Source of the DNA: Chromera velia
Taxonomy: Eukaryota
Assembly (NCBI GenBank): GCA_018398765.1
Contig: JAHBMJ010000302.1
Location: forward strand, 1 to 51,061
Reading direction: 5' to 3'
Length of the DNA stretch: 51,061 bases
The notes beneath the pieces are model-generated. The model was not told the DNA's origin. It did not search any database and saw only the letters and a list, made by a program, of their open reading frames with translations. Within the stretch, counting starts at the first letter, position 1. Every line of letters starts with the position of its first letter. Shown here piece after piece: positions 13,510-27,058 of this stretch. The position numbers and the translations under genes are program-made.

Positions 13510-14640
13510 ATGAGAGCCAAGCGCTTTTTCAAAGCGCTTGCTTCTCTTGGGTGGTTTGCACTTCAGCAATTGCCACCGGTGGAGGGAAATTTGGACATGG
13601 GGGAGAGATTAGAGTTTGGGGATTTCCTCAAGGGGTTGCCAAAGTTGGACAGCTCTGGCTTTGACTTTTCCAAATTGGATGATTCTTTTGCCGGAGACGA
13701 CGTCAGTGATTCTCCGATCCCCCCGATGGACTCTGGTCGTATGAAAGTGCCCGAAGGATTCAGCATTTCACTGGACGGGCTTTTTAAGAATTTCGCAGAT
13801 AAATCTCCTGCAATTGAAGAGGGGACATACGACTACATCGTCAACGGGGGGGGGGGTGCTGGATTGATCGTTGCACAAACCCTTGCAGAAAACGGCTACT
13901 CCGTTTTGGTCGTGGAAAGAGGCCCGACGAGGGAGGTGGCAGGGGACCCTGTGCAGTACAAGCGGTTCGTTGGGTATGAACGTCTGTACCGTCAGGTGAA
14001 TGAAAACGTCATTACCAGACAGGGCGTCAGATCGAATGCCGGTCGGGTTCTCTCGGGAGGCACAGCAATCAATCAGGGCATCATCATTGCAGAAACACCT
14101 GAGTACTTTGGCTGGCTCAACAGGGCACATGGAATCGATCTGGACATGACCCTCATCAATGAATCCTACGAATATGTCTTTAACCGAATGTCAGAGTCTC
14201 CGCAAACTGATTCCACACTCACGGGGGGTACTTTCGATCTGCCTCTCGACCACTTGAAGGAAGCGCTGACGGCCGAAGGTCAGTCAATTTTGGAAAACTT
14301 GGTGAGAATGCATGTTTGCGTGCCACCTCAACGTAGATCGAGACTTTTCTACGGTCATTCCCGCCGTAGACCCTTTTTAAGCCTCAAACTGCTCACTAGC
14401 TCCATCCATCACTGCAGGATTCTCCCCACATGATTTCCACAGCGAGACCCTTTTCACCGATGGGTGGTGGCAGACCTACAGCGCTTTCAACACAACGCCG
14501 GGCTCCTACCCGACAGAACCTCTGAACGAGATTGGAGTAAGAGCGGCGTCGGACAACTTTGTGGACTTCTCGCTCCCCAATTTGCGAATTGCAACGGATT
14601 CAACGGTGCTGAAGGTCTGCACGGACTTTGTCCTTGTCAA

Positions 14641-14721
<81 letters not shown>

Positions 14722-17700
14722 GAGACCTTCATTTGGCTTGAACATCAGCATTGGCGCCTCTCTGCTTGCGCGAAATGCGTTTGTTCTGCAAACAGCCGAC
14801 GAGCACATGAACCTGAACTCTAGGTCTTCAAGTCTGCGTAAAAGAACGACATCGGGACCTTGAGTGGGCGTGTGAGCGAGAAAGGAAGATGCCGTGTGTA
14901 TATTTCTGCATGTTTGCCTACGTGGATGAGTGAGTGAGCGATTGAATGAGTGTCTGTGCAGGTTGAGTTTGAGACGCCTTCAGACGGCAGTGAGCCCATT
15001 GCCCAGTGCGTGCTCTGGGAAGACACAGAGAAGCTGGACATCGTCGACCAGCAAGTGGACTACACAGAGGACCCCTGGAAACCCGCTGGCGGTAGGTCGG
15101 ACTGGCGTGTACGCTGTGGCGCAGATGCGCGTCTGGCAGGTGCCACGAGAAAGACCAAGCCAGCAGTCACTTCGAGGAAGAGACTGCGAATGAGTGGAAG
15201 GGAATAGGGAAAGTCAACCAGCATGATTGCATTCGAATTTGAATCGTTTATGCATTGTTGTTTCTTTCTGGGAATATGTGTTCCTCGTCTTTTCTTCTTA
15301 CTCATTTCTTGTTTTTTCTTCTTCTCTGAGGAGCAGAGGGGTTCCATGTTCCTCCTCGTGCTCTGAGCCAGACTGTTCTCATTCATTCAGTCCCGAGCCT
15401 GCTTCCTTATCCTCCTGCCGTCTCTCTTGCGCTTGTGCAGGCCAGCTGGAGAACGCAATCTCAAAACAGAAGGTGGCGTACTGGCTTCTTCTTCTTGAGC
15501 TCTCTCCCGCAGCCCCTTTCGCCGAGTACCCGGGTGCAGACTCTCAGGACGCCCAGATTGCCCGTCAAATCATGATGCTGCAGAGACTCGACGCGGCTGT
15601 CGGGGGCGTGGGCCTTCATGAACTCGGCCTTGAGCGTTTGGACCTCCCCAAGTCTTTTGGCCTGGGCGCAGGTCGCTTCTTTCCCTCTGTGAATGAGCTG
15701 ACGAAGACAGATGCGGGGTCTGCCTATATCAGGAGACTGGCACGGCGTCTGGACTCTGCTGCATCTGGAGGAAAAATCAAAAGGCATAGAGCTTGTCTGT
15801 CTGACTTTGCCCATGCAGAAATCATCATGTCTGCTGGTGCAATCCACACCCCAGCAATTCTGTATAAGTCAGGGGTTGGCCCGAAGGAACTGATCAAGGA
15901 CAAGTACAAGTACGATCTGGTCGTGGAAAGTCCGTACTTGGGGAAGAACCTCCACGACCGCCTCATTCTTCCGGTAGCCACGTTCATCAGGGAGGAAGTC
16001 AGAGACGCAGTGACGGAAAGTGCAAAGACAGACTATGGAAAGTACGATGTTCTCAGAGCAACCTCTGCAGAAATTGCAGGGCTGTCCAATTTCGGATCCG
16101 ACTGCAGCAGCTGGGAGGGTCTGGACAACGAGGACGACACCTGCGCGTAAGTGGGTGGGCAGCCGGGGTTTTTTCTGGCCATATAGATTCATTTTTGTGT
16201 ATCGACAGGAGTAGGATATTTCTCCGGTTGAATAGATTGAAGCGTTTAGGCAGAATTAAGTTGAGGGGGGGTCTCGCTTTTGAGGGCCGGAATCGAAGAA
16301 GAGTTCTGAGAAGTAGTTTTGTTTGCACTCCAGGCATCGGCAACAAAACTCAGAAAGGGGCGATGCAGTTGTTCGGGACTTTACACTTGGATCGCTTGGT
16401 CCCACCATTGATTTTTAGAGAGAAGGTGTGTGAGTGAAACGAAATGTTGTGAGTCACGTACAGCATACACACAGACACTGTCTCCAGTAGCGGACACATA
16501 GTAAACAACGGATGGCGTCACAATCCATATTCATTCTTTGATCTCTCTGCAGGTATGTGTTGATTGAAGAGAACTCGTTCGGTCACCTGATCGAGGGTGT
16601 TCTGTTCCAGTCGAGGTTCATCTTTCCCCCCTCACTCCGGAACTCCAAGGCTGCCGACACCATCATGTCCTACAACAAACTATGTCAGCCAGCTAGCATG
16701 TTCTGTTTTTGTCGTGCGTGATGCTGCTCAAGATCCGCAAGTAGTGGGAGAAAGGAAGCGAAGAGACACGAATGAATCTAGGGGCCGGCTGATGAATTCA
16801 TCATGCTGATTGCCCTGCTGCAACTTTTCTCCTTTGGAATCCCTGCTTCTCTCCTTTCCTTGTATCGTCCATGTTTTTCGTTCATTCTTTCTTTGATGTT
16901 CCGCTCTTTCGCTCCAATTTATCCCGCTGCAATTTTCTTTCCGCGTCTGCAGAAGAGTGTGCGTTTGCACGTGGAATTGTGGGTGTAAGTGCTGGCCATG
17001 TTCCCATTCAAAAGTGTTTTGGATCTGAAGAACTAGGCAAACTCTCATAGACAGCAGGTGATGCGGCCATACCAGATGCGGAGTAGTGATACACAGATGA
17101 GTGTATTTCTGTATAGATGTGCGTGGTTTCCTTCCTTTTTGTATATTTCTCAAATATGAACAAGGCACTGCAGGTGATGCTGCTGTGCCAGACGCGAGGT
17201 TTGCCCCCATCTGCAAATCCATCAACTTCCAGGAGCTCTACGACTGTCTCGAGAGAGCGGCAGGATGGGCCTCTATCGTTTCTGTGCCTGTGTCGAGAGG
17301 AACCATTGATCTCAACGAGAAAGGTGAGCAGAAATAAGAGCATTGTCTTGTGCCGCATCATCAGACTCTAGTCATCCGAGAGGAGTGCCAAAGAAAGGAA
17401 CTTCAAGAAAGTCGAAAGGTTCCACTCAAAACCGACAACCGGCTTTTTGGGTGACCAACACCCTTAGCTTGCTGTGAAAGGTTGAAAAATGAAGGTGTTG
17501 ACCGACCTCTCGCAGAGGATTCTCGATGTAGCATGCCTGAGTCCAAAAGAGAAATGAAGGGTGTATAGGAGGTACGTGTCTTTTTTTGAACGCTCGAATC
17601 CCGAATCTTTCTCATCTTCCTACATGCGCTCATTTGTCTTCCTGCCTGCCTCTGCCTGTCTGCTCAATCCTCTGCCTGCAGGAGAGGTCCTCGTCGACCC

Positions 17701-19564
17701 TAACTACCTCGATGACCCTCGAGACAGAAGGGCAGCGGCAGAGGGCGTAAGGAAGCTGCGGCAACTTTGGACGACTGTCGAGAACGACCCGACAAAGAGG
17801 GCCATCTATGAGTCAGAAGACGACAGCAAAAACAAGCAGATGTGCCCAGCAACAATCTTCAATATTCTCCTTTCTGCTGCAGAGAACATCTTCTCGCTCT
17901 TCACTCTCCAGTCAGACAACCTCGTTCGGTTGGACATGGAGAAGGTCAGCAGACAAATGAAATTTAGAAACTTGCTTTTCAGGGGGAGAATTCCAGTTTT
18001 GATTTTGCGAGAGGCTCAAAGCCACTTAGAGATGAGCCTCTCGGCTTGCAAGTACATTTTCCTTCATCAGCTACCGCAAATAGACAAGTCCCCCCCGAAA
18101 ATTCCTGGCTCTTTCATCCAGAGTTTATTCTTTGGATCAGCGTCCAAAAGATAAAACAAGATAGGCGATGGAAGGACATGGCGTTGATGCTAAGATTTGC
18201 ATGCAATCAATGTGATGGTTGTTGCAGATTATCAATTACCTGAAAGCAGTCATCAAGGACCCCATGGCGGCTGCTCGAGACAACACTGAGGGCAAACCTG
18301 ACAGCTCCAGGCCGAAGGATCCCGCTGACAGAATCCTCTACTTCCCGGGCCTTCCCAACAGTCAGTCAGCCTGTATATCAGTCTGTATCTGAGTCGGTCA
18401 GCTTGAAGAAGGGTTGGGATCACAGAGGATATGGCAAAAACAAATTGAACCACTCTGATGCTGCTCCCCTCCGCGCAAAAAAACGGGTGCTGTTTGTGCT
18501 CTTTAGCTTCGAAGTTTTCTTCCCGAGACTTTCAAGAGGCGATCCCCCATTTTGTTTTTACGCGCGCCACCAGGGAAGAAAACACTTGGTTGAATCTTCA
18601 TTTTGTTGTTTTCGATTTTTGAGAAGACTTGGTCGAATGTCTGTGATTGCATAAGCGTTGGTCGCAGTCGAGGACATTGACGATGACAAGCTGATGCTGG
18701 ACTTTTACGCAACTTTTGGGACCTCCATGTGGCATATGGCCGGGTACGTGAGTTCATGCAGCAATCAATGCTTACGTGCTGCTTCGATTGATTCGCATCT
18801 GCTTTGAGGGTGTCTGGGAATGCTCTGTCTGGGGGTCTGAGAATTCTTTCCCCTTTTATTCGCATTTTTTTCATTGCAAAGAAACATACTGCACTCCTGC
18901 ACTTGGGATCTTCGACGCAGCAGGGCAGCATCTCCAGCATGCCTGGACAGCAGGAGGGAGGGAGGGAGGGANNNNNNNNNNNNNNNNNNNNNGGAGGGAG
19001 GGAGGGAGGGAACAGGAAGACCCACCCCGACTTACTCTCTTTTCTGCACGTACGTGCATTCCTGGCTGATTTAAGCTAAATGGAGTCCTGCGGAAAGGAT
19101 TTGTATGATTGATGTATGCAACGCGATCCAGTCGCGAAAAGCAGGCTCGAAGGTTGCGAATTCGATTGAAATTCTTTTTGTCATGAAGAGAGAAGATGTA
19201 GGATGAATGACGCAGCACATGTTGTTTTGTGTCATCCCTCTGGGTGTCTATTGACGAGTCTGCTGTCTGCATATCGGATCCAAAACGAACTGACTGCAGG
19301 ACCGCCAAGATGGGCCAGGATGACGATCCGACAGCAGTGCTCAGAAACGATTTCACCTTCAAAGGTGCTAAGCGGCTCGCAGTCATCGATGCGTCCGTCT
19401 TCGCTCAGCTGACCCGAGCCAACCCCGCCATCACAGTACAGGCCTTGGGACGGTATGCAGGCCTACTAAGGGTGCAGAAGAATTCTGCTGTGTCCTCTTC
19501 TTCTACGGGAGCGTCCATGCCCATCCTGTCGAGCCTGTTGCAGGGAGGGAAAATAGGGGGGTGA
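13510..19564 (+). CDS. GMC (glucose-methanol-choline) oxidoreductase, FAD-dependent, with putative signal peptide; about 11-12 exons
   Basis: Motifs: YDYIVNGGGGAGLIVA...VLVVERG (FAD Rossmann fold), GRVLSGGTAIN, EIIMSAGAIHTPAILYKSGVGP, LGKNLHD, PVSRGTIDL, VDPNYLDDPRD, SMWHMAGTAKMG (His), VIDASVF...ANP (Asn). Clear GT-AG exons at 13510-14278, 14418-14614, 14962-15091, 15441-16146, 16553-about 16683, about 17174-17323, 17682-17944, about 18228-18360, 18669-18743 and 19300-19564. Some small internal exons are uncertain. Confidence 0.93.
14643..14720. repeat. (CA)n(GA)n microsatellite in a GMC intron
   Basis: Directly visible. Confidence 0.95.
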
Positions 19565-20099
19565 CTCATTCATTCATTCATTCATTCATTCATTTATTTA
19601 TTCTACCAAGGTCGGGGGATTGATGGAGTCACGGTTGAGAGAGTTGGGAGTTCGATCAAGGTTCACATCATTACCTAATTCATGCATCGACTGTTTGAAT
19701 TCCATGCTTGTTCGGATCCGCATCGACTGGCGGATCGAGCTAGGGCTCGAAATGTCTGCATGAGACCTGCTCAGTTAATTCTCTGAATGGAATGGTGTGT
19801 GCATGGTTGAAAGAGCATTCAAGTTCCACTCAGTCACCATGTCTCGCTCAGTTGATTGTATCCACAGAGTCAGTTGATCAACATTCTTTGCCCCATTTTT
19901 GCATGCATTGGGTGCCATGCAGCCTGTCAGCCAGGCGTCAGACCGAGACTATCTCTCTGTGTGAATGCAAGGAAAACAAGGTGGCGATTTGGTTTGCATG
20001 TCGATGACAAGGGACTGACAGGTCGCAGCAAATACGCAGGTCGATCTCTGTCCCTCTGGCATGCGTCTCAACATTGCACTGCTTCTAGCACTGCTTCTT

Positions 20100-20790
20100 A
20101 ATGATAGAGCCTAGGATAGAACCTTGAACTATCCTGCAATTACATGCAATAATCACTAGCTCTGAATCTAGCTCTGGATTTTTAAAAAACATGACAAGAC
20201 TAGTGACAAGACCTCAAGTTCTGAATGAAAAGCACATTAACTTAAAATCATATTCTAAATGTTTTCACAACAATCATATAGAAGCCCTATTTTATAACTA
20301 GCTATTCTTTGACCGTTAATTGCAAGGCATTGCACAGTTTTGTAACATCTTTATACATCTTTATCAAGGTTATGATATTACCCAATTATCATTAAAAATA
20401 TAATTATTATTTTTTTATTTCTAGCATAAAATCCGCTAAAAGCCTAGTCTATTACTAAGTCTAAAATCATGGAAAATCCTACTAACTACGTGTAGGGTAG
20501 TATTTGCTAGAGCATTTGTATGTTCTAGCTAAGCTATCTCCTAGGCTATCTCTAACACTTCCTGTGGTTATACTACTAATAAATTCAATCTCTAGTTTTC
20601 TAACTTTTATTTCACTATACAGGCAGCATGTAACTAAGAATATAATAAAAAAATTTCAAACAAATCTAGGAACAAACTTCAAACATTGTTTTAAACATCA
20701 CTGATATAAAGTTGTGTGGTGTTCAGTAATAAATATATCTAAAAAAAATTTTGTATATTCAATTTGTTTCTAATTTTATGTAAATTGAAA
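20100..20790. other. AT-rich, TpA/CTAG-rich island, probably a heavily mutated repeat relic
   Basis: Abrupt compositional shift against the GC-balanced genic flanks, many CTAG/CTA/TAG words and no credible ORF. Confidence 0.55.
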
Positions 20791-21320
20791 TCGGCCCTGC
20801 CACTCCGACCTGGGACCTTGATGTTTTGAATGTACGGTCTTATTATGACTCTTATATATGCCCCTGCAAAAACAGTTGCCTAGCGATTTGGACCAGTCAA
20901 AGAACCTTGAGAAGAACTAGGCAGATTGTACTGGATGCTGAGCTCGTGGAAAAGCTTTTTTTTTTTTTAATTCATTTTCTGGCGATTCTATTCTTTGTTT
21001 ATTTACATTGGGTGACTCATAGCAGTCCGACCCTTTGCTTCTGACGTTTGTTTTTGCCGGGGGGGAGGGAGGAAGACGGCGTAAATCCAAAGACAAAGAG
21101 AAAACGGGCAATCCGAATCCTCCTTCAACCGTCTGCCATCCTTTTCCTCTTCCCTCCTGTCGCACGTATCTCTACGTGAGAGAGAGAGAGACATCGAATT
21201 AAGAGTCGTTCTAGGTGTTTCCTTCCCGTTCCCATGCAGATTCAAAACTTCTATCACCTGAACCCTCCTGGCGAATTCCCCCCTCACCCACCCATTCCCT
21301 CGTGAGTTCATTCAGATTAT

Positions 21321-24300
21321 TCAATGAGTACGCACTCTCTCCGGGCTTGGAAGAGGCGACTCGAGGTCAACGAAATCGTCTAGATCCTCCTGCTCTTCTT
21401 CATCGGAAGAGGCGTCCCCAGTTCCGCCCCTAGGCTGAGGGCACAACTGGGGAGACGACTGGGAGGTCTCCCACTGAGGGGGTACCGGGGGTCCTCTATG
21501 TCCGAACGTCGAGAGACTTCGGGGAGGGGGGAGATCGTTCATCTCACCTCCCACCGCCTGATCTGACTCTCTCTCTTCATTTTGTGCCTCCAGATCGATT
21601 TCCTGACTCTTTTCGGCAGCCTTTTCATCAACCGGAGGTGTCACGACATTTGCTTCTTGGGACTCCCTATGGGGGGGGCGGAGACCCAAAAGGGCGGGGA
21701 CAGAAGAGACGACCCCTCGGACCCGGGATGCGACACTTGTCGACTTGCTGGGCCTTTTCTCTTGATCTTTTGTCTCTTTTTCTGCGCCGCCGTTGGAGTC
21801 CTGTGCTGCTGTTTTGATGGTCGGTGGAGTTTTCTTCTTTGTGGGCTTGAAACAGACAAGACAACCGGCAAGACAGCCGGCAAAAATACCCCCAAGCCAG
21901 AGGAAAAACGCACAAGACTGCTTTCCTATAAAATTACACGCTGCCAAACAACCCTTCCACAGACTGACCAATCCAACCACCAAACCATTCCAGATTGCAC
22001 CAAGTCGGGCTGCAATTGGAGACCACACAAAGGCACACCTGTGTGCACATGAGGTCCACGTGAGGGAGTAGCAGAGAGCAAAAGCAGCCCAACAATTCGA
22101 ACAGCCGGTTGAAAACGAGGTCCACAGCGCAGTGCAACCTTTTCTAATGGGATGCCACGTAGCGTTGCAGCACGCAATCACACGTGCCCACAGGCTGGTG
22201 AGGAATACACCCACAGGAGTGCACACAAATGTGCAGAAGGATGCTACTCTTTTCCAGAGGCCTGAGGCACAGGCACCCACTGGTTTCCACACAGTGGTGC
22301 AGAATGCTGCAATACGTGCCCAGACGCTTGCAAAGAATCCAGCGACGGGCTTCCACACAGCGGTGCAGAAAGCCGCTACCCGCAGCCAGATGCTTGAAAA
22401 GAAAACCCCCACGGGATGCCACACAGCGCAGCACCACACACAGAAGGTGCCCCAGGCAGCCGCACAGCACGAGGCGGCGGTGGTGCACCAGCGGGGAGGC
22501 CCTCTTTGGGAAGCGAACTGACACCACTTCAGTCGAGCCAGGCATGTGCCTGCTGCGACTGCGGCAATTCCGAGCATGCGGGTGAGGGCAGCACAGGCAG
22601 CGGTTACTCTGTTGAGGCAAAAAAAGAAACCGATTCCGGTGATGTTGCTGAGAATACCGAGGACCAAGCAGACGGCAAAGAATGCCCATGAGAGCCTGTT
22701 CATGCCAAGATAAGTCCTTTTTATTGCCTGCCTCTCGGCTATCCTTTCAGCATCCGCAATACCTCCCTCCCTCTCCCGAGACTGATCTGTCTCCTCTCCT
22801 CCTGTGCTTGGATCGCTGGGTGGGGGCCCTCCTCGTCCATTTTCTAAATTTTCCTCTTTGGGGTCTCGCGAGGGGGGAGAAGAATGTTGGGCCGGCGGTT
22901 CGTTGCTTGAAGGAGGGGCAGAAGAGGTTGCAGGTTCTCTAGCGGTGGCAGGAGGAGGCGAATCGCCCCCAGAGGGCATGGAGGGTTGCGGGTTCGAAGA
23001 AGGGGGGGGAGGCACCGGCTCAGTGGGGGTTGGGCCGGAAGGGATTCCTGCGGGAGGTTGTGCTGTTGGGATGAGGGCTGAGTGGGGGGGAGGAGGGGTG
23101 GCTTGACGCTGTGAAGGGGGGAGGCTGGGTTGGTTGGGCGATGGGGATGAAGAGGGAGGAGGTGTCCCTCCAGGAGTGCGTTCGACTGGGCTGTGTGGAG
23201 GCGGGGGGGGAGGTGCAGATCCTCCTGCGTTGCTGGATGGGGGCGGGATCGGGTTGTTGGGAGAGGTCGCGGGCGCACCTGTCGGAGAAGTGGCTTGGTT
23301 GTTCGAGGGAGGAACAGGTTGCCGTGCCTCTGCGTCTGGGCGTGTGGAATCGCCATCAGACCCTGGAGCTGGTGGTTGCGTTCCTGTGGAAGGGCTTGTG
23401 GGTGTGTTTGGGGATGTCCGCTGGCCTGTTCCACGTCCAGGTAGGACGCTTCCTGCAGGTAGTGGCCCCATATTGAAGGGAAAGCGTGGGGGGATTCTCT
23501 GTCCCCCCCCCATGTTGCTTCTGCTTCCAGGAGGCCCAATCGGGAAGGATGGGACAGGACGGGAATCTGTTCCTTCGTGTACAGTAGGGTCATCTGAGAT
23601 GGTGGAATATCTGTACGTGGTCCTGGTGGATGTCCTTGTGCCCATCAAGGCGAAAGGCAGAACGATGGCTAGGGTTAAACAGACCAGCACAAGGGCCAGG
23701 AGATTGGCAAATGCAGCCTGCAAGTACAGAGGACACGGGTTGCTTGTTTGCGGTCCTCTGCAGATTCGAATACCCAAAGCAAAACAAAATTGCAGCCTGC
23801 TCAGGGGAAAGAAATCGGCTTTCTTTGCGTTTCAAAAATAGACAGAAAGAAATGACAGGCAGAGCAGACATCTCGGACGAATACGAAGAAAATTATGATG
23901 AGGAACAAAAAGGAACGCTGATCGAAAGAGGTGCGGACTGACTGACGATTCGGGTTCCTCGAGTCCGTCTCTTCCTGTCAAGCAGACAAAAACCCCAGAT
24001 CGCACCTGTAGATCAGACAGCGTTGAGGGGCACAATTTGAGTTTTCAAGAAAGAAGGTGGCCTTTTGTGTGGGAAAATTTCAGGGGCACAGTCGATCGTT
24101 TGCAGATGCCTTGCTGAAGCAATAAACAAAAGTAAAAATGGGGCTGCAGGATACGTGGAAAAGGAACTTTTGCTGTTTCCCCTCTCCCCCTTTCCATCTT
24201 GCCCTCGTAATTCTGCTCTTTCTCGTGCCTCTCTGCAGCCGCCCTGTTGTTCTGTTTACTCATCTGCCTGTCTGTCCCTTGTTCTCCGATCTTTCTACCT

Positions 24301-25068
24301 CTTTTGTCATCAGAACGAATGCTGACCGATGGCCCACGGAAAGCCCAAAAAGAATCCGGTGCCGAAAAGGATCCAAAGAAGGCAAGTGGGATCCTTCAGA
24401 CCTCTCTCTGCCCTCTGCTCTCCCAGAAGAGTAGCTCCCTTCAGGGGGTCCTCTTGCTCATCAATGGAAGCCAAGCCATGATTTTGGGGGACAAAACTCG
24501 GGTCCGACACTGCCACAGGTTGACTCGGAGCTGTGCGCGAACCTGACGCTGCACAGGATGTTAACATATGGAGAGTGCACGTCAATGTTCTGGAAGAACC
24601 TTTGAGATTGTATGAGTCATCACGCGGTTTAACGAGCATTCATGCGGCTCAGTGAAAGAAAAAACGTTGCCATTTTTGAGAACGAGAGCGAAGGAATGCG
24701 ATCGAGTAGGAAGGAATGAAAAGAACAAGACACCCGTGGACGTGGTCGCTGTTTTCGGATCCTCAGCTTGCGGATGAACAAAACAGAGCGACACAAAAGG
24801 GCTCTTCGGCAAGCCGGGACACACTCCACTTACCGGTGGATGATCTGGCCTGCCCCCTCTGGTTGTTCTGGGAAGTCGCGCAGGGGTGAAGGGAATCCTC
24901 AGGGGCTGCGTTGACTTCGTGTTCCTCTGCAAGGGGGGGCAGCCGGGGGGTAGAGAAGAAGGGGCGGGCAGCATGGCCCCTTTTTCCAAATCCTCCTTTC
25001 CTCTCTTCTTTTGCTTCCACCACAACGTTGTACAGGCAGCTGGGCCGAGGTCCCTGGAGTCTCTGCAT
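21321..25068 (-). CDS. Multi-pass membrane protein: N-terminal TM hairpin, Pro/Ser-rich linker, TM helices, 11-residue Trp/Cys repeat array and acidic tail
   Basis: Large terminal exon 23717-21321 follows a TTGCAG acceptor. Upstream GT-AG exons at about 25068-24833, 24542-24327 (LLWILFGTGFFLGFPWAIG) and 24006-23940 appear to join in a plausible frame. The start codon is tentative. Confidence 0.75.
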
Positions 25069-25256
25069 GGACCGAGGGGGGAGGAGAAGGGATCGAGAGG
25101 AAGCAAGAAAGTGATGGCATAAACAAGATGACTGCAATTAAAAAATGCAGTACACATGACCTACCTGCTGATTGCTACTTTCTCTCACTGATCTGTATGA
25201 GTGGTATCTATGTCTGCCTGCCTAGAAAGAGAGAAATGGATGAGCAGCAGTCGAGG

Positions 25257-25320
25257 GGTCAGTCAGTCAGTCAGTCAGTCAGTCAGTCAGTCAGTCAGTC
25301 AGTCAGTCAGTCAGTCAGTC
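25257..25320. repeat. (AGTC)n microsatellite
   Basis: Directly visible. Confidence 0.95.
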
Positions 25321-25724
25321 CTCTTCAACCCCCCTTTGCCTCTCTGGGCCGCCCTCGCCTTTCTAACCTGCAAGTAGGTGAGGTTCTTGGTATTTACAGT
25401 GGGGTTTTGCGTGTCTTTGAACACCATCATTGTGTTTCCAAAAGTAATGCATACGCCTGCAGGCACCATGCAGGGCAGACAGAGGATGACAGGCAATTTA
25501 TGTCAAGTGAGGGAATCACATCCATGAACGAATCCACGGTGAGGCGTCAAGAAACAAAGAAAAAGCAGACAAACAGCGTTTGGAGAGAAAGAAAGGAATT
25601 CTAAGAATGGAAGCGGGAGTACGACGCAGGGGTTGACATCCCTCTCTTCTCCTCAAAAAGCTGCAAGCATCCCAAAAGTCAAAAGTTCCCCTTCTCTTTC
25701 CCCCTCTTCTCCAGCTGAAGCTGC

Positions 25725-26637
25725 TCAATGACCCACCGATCTACCAGCGAACCGACCTATGCATCTGGGATAGTCTGGGGTTTTTGCTGATCGATCCTGC
25801 ACTCTCCTAATTGCCTCCTCCATGGCTTTCAAGGACGTCGCGTGTCGGCAATACTCTTCGTACAGCATGGAGTGGTACAGAGTCCTCTTCATCGTCCGGG
25901 AGGCCTCAGCTGCTGCCTTTCTCTTCAAACTTGGGTGGAACTCTATCGGTTCAGCATCAAAAGTCTTCACAACCACTGGGTTCCCTCTGTACGTGCTTTT
26001 GAAAGCCTGCACATTTGAAACGGGCATTTGAATCTGTTTTGTAGAAGAAATCAGTCGGCAAAACAGCACTGGTTTGTTGTGTGAAACCCAAAGGATACCC
26101 GGAGAGCAAAAGAGAGAACGAGGAGGGAAGGGTACATCAACCGACCGGGCCGCTCCACATTTGAAGATAGTCGTCTGTTGAGCTGTTGAGAGTAACTCCA
26201 GTGGGAGGGGTTGCTGTCTGTTTGCCCTTTTGAGGTTCTTGTACGTCAGGAAAACTTTCGATGAGGTCGGAGTAGGACAGGAGAGGAATTGCGTTCTCCT
26301 CTCGCACCATCCCGGGAACTTGAACCTCATGATCATAAACTTTCAACACATTCTGCCGTAGGGCTCTTTGTTGCTTTCGAAGGAAAGGGAGGACAATACG
26401 GGTGAAGGTTTCGATATCCTCCTGCAAAGATGTATGTATAAACATGTATATATTTGAATACTCTGCACGGAATAAGAAGAAACAAACCACACACGAATAA
26501 GAACCAGACGCGCCAAGAATGACCCGTACCTTGACGAGAGTCTGGGCTTCTTCCCACAGTGGAGATCCCTTGAGTGATTCGATGTCCTTTGGTGACCAGC
26601 CAGCCAAGCAACAGTGTTCACGAAGAAAGTTCTCCAT
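25725..26637 (-). CDS. Spliced gene or pseudogene with a possible protein-kinase-like N-lobe fragment
   Basis: Three coding-like segments separated by GT..AG introns. The last reads AFKSTYRGNPVVVKTF...YEE...YPRCIG, reminiscent of kinase subdomains I-IV. No HRD or DFG motif is seen. Confidence 0.3.
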
Positions 26638-27058
26638 GCTGTTGCTGAGGCACGTCAAAGCAAAGTGGACGTTTCAAACAGGCCGTGGAAGTCAAAATCG
26701 GCAAAGCCAGCAGACTATAGTAATTGGGTGAGCAGTTGTGTCCCTGTTCTCGCGAACAAGTCAAGTCCTCTACGATGAGTGCAGGGCGATCGACTTGTTT
26801 TCGCCGTTGCTATATATATTTAAAATGAACTTCGTCTGTGCTTCTCGATTTCGAAGAGTCTTTCAAACTTTCTTCACGAAGGCAGAGGAAGCTTTAGGGG
26901 CTTTTTTACGCTTGTCCAAATGGTCTGGCTTGCGTGCAGCAGCAGGTCAAAGTATATATAGAACAGACTGGGGATCAAATATATAGACGTACGAAGTGTA
27001 TGAATATAGCTAGTGTATACGCATGCATGCGTGGTTTCAAAAATTATACATATATATA

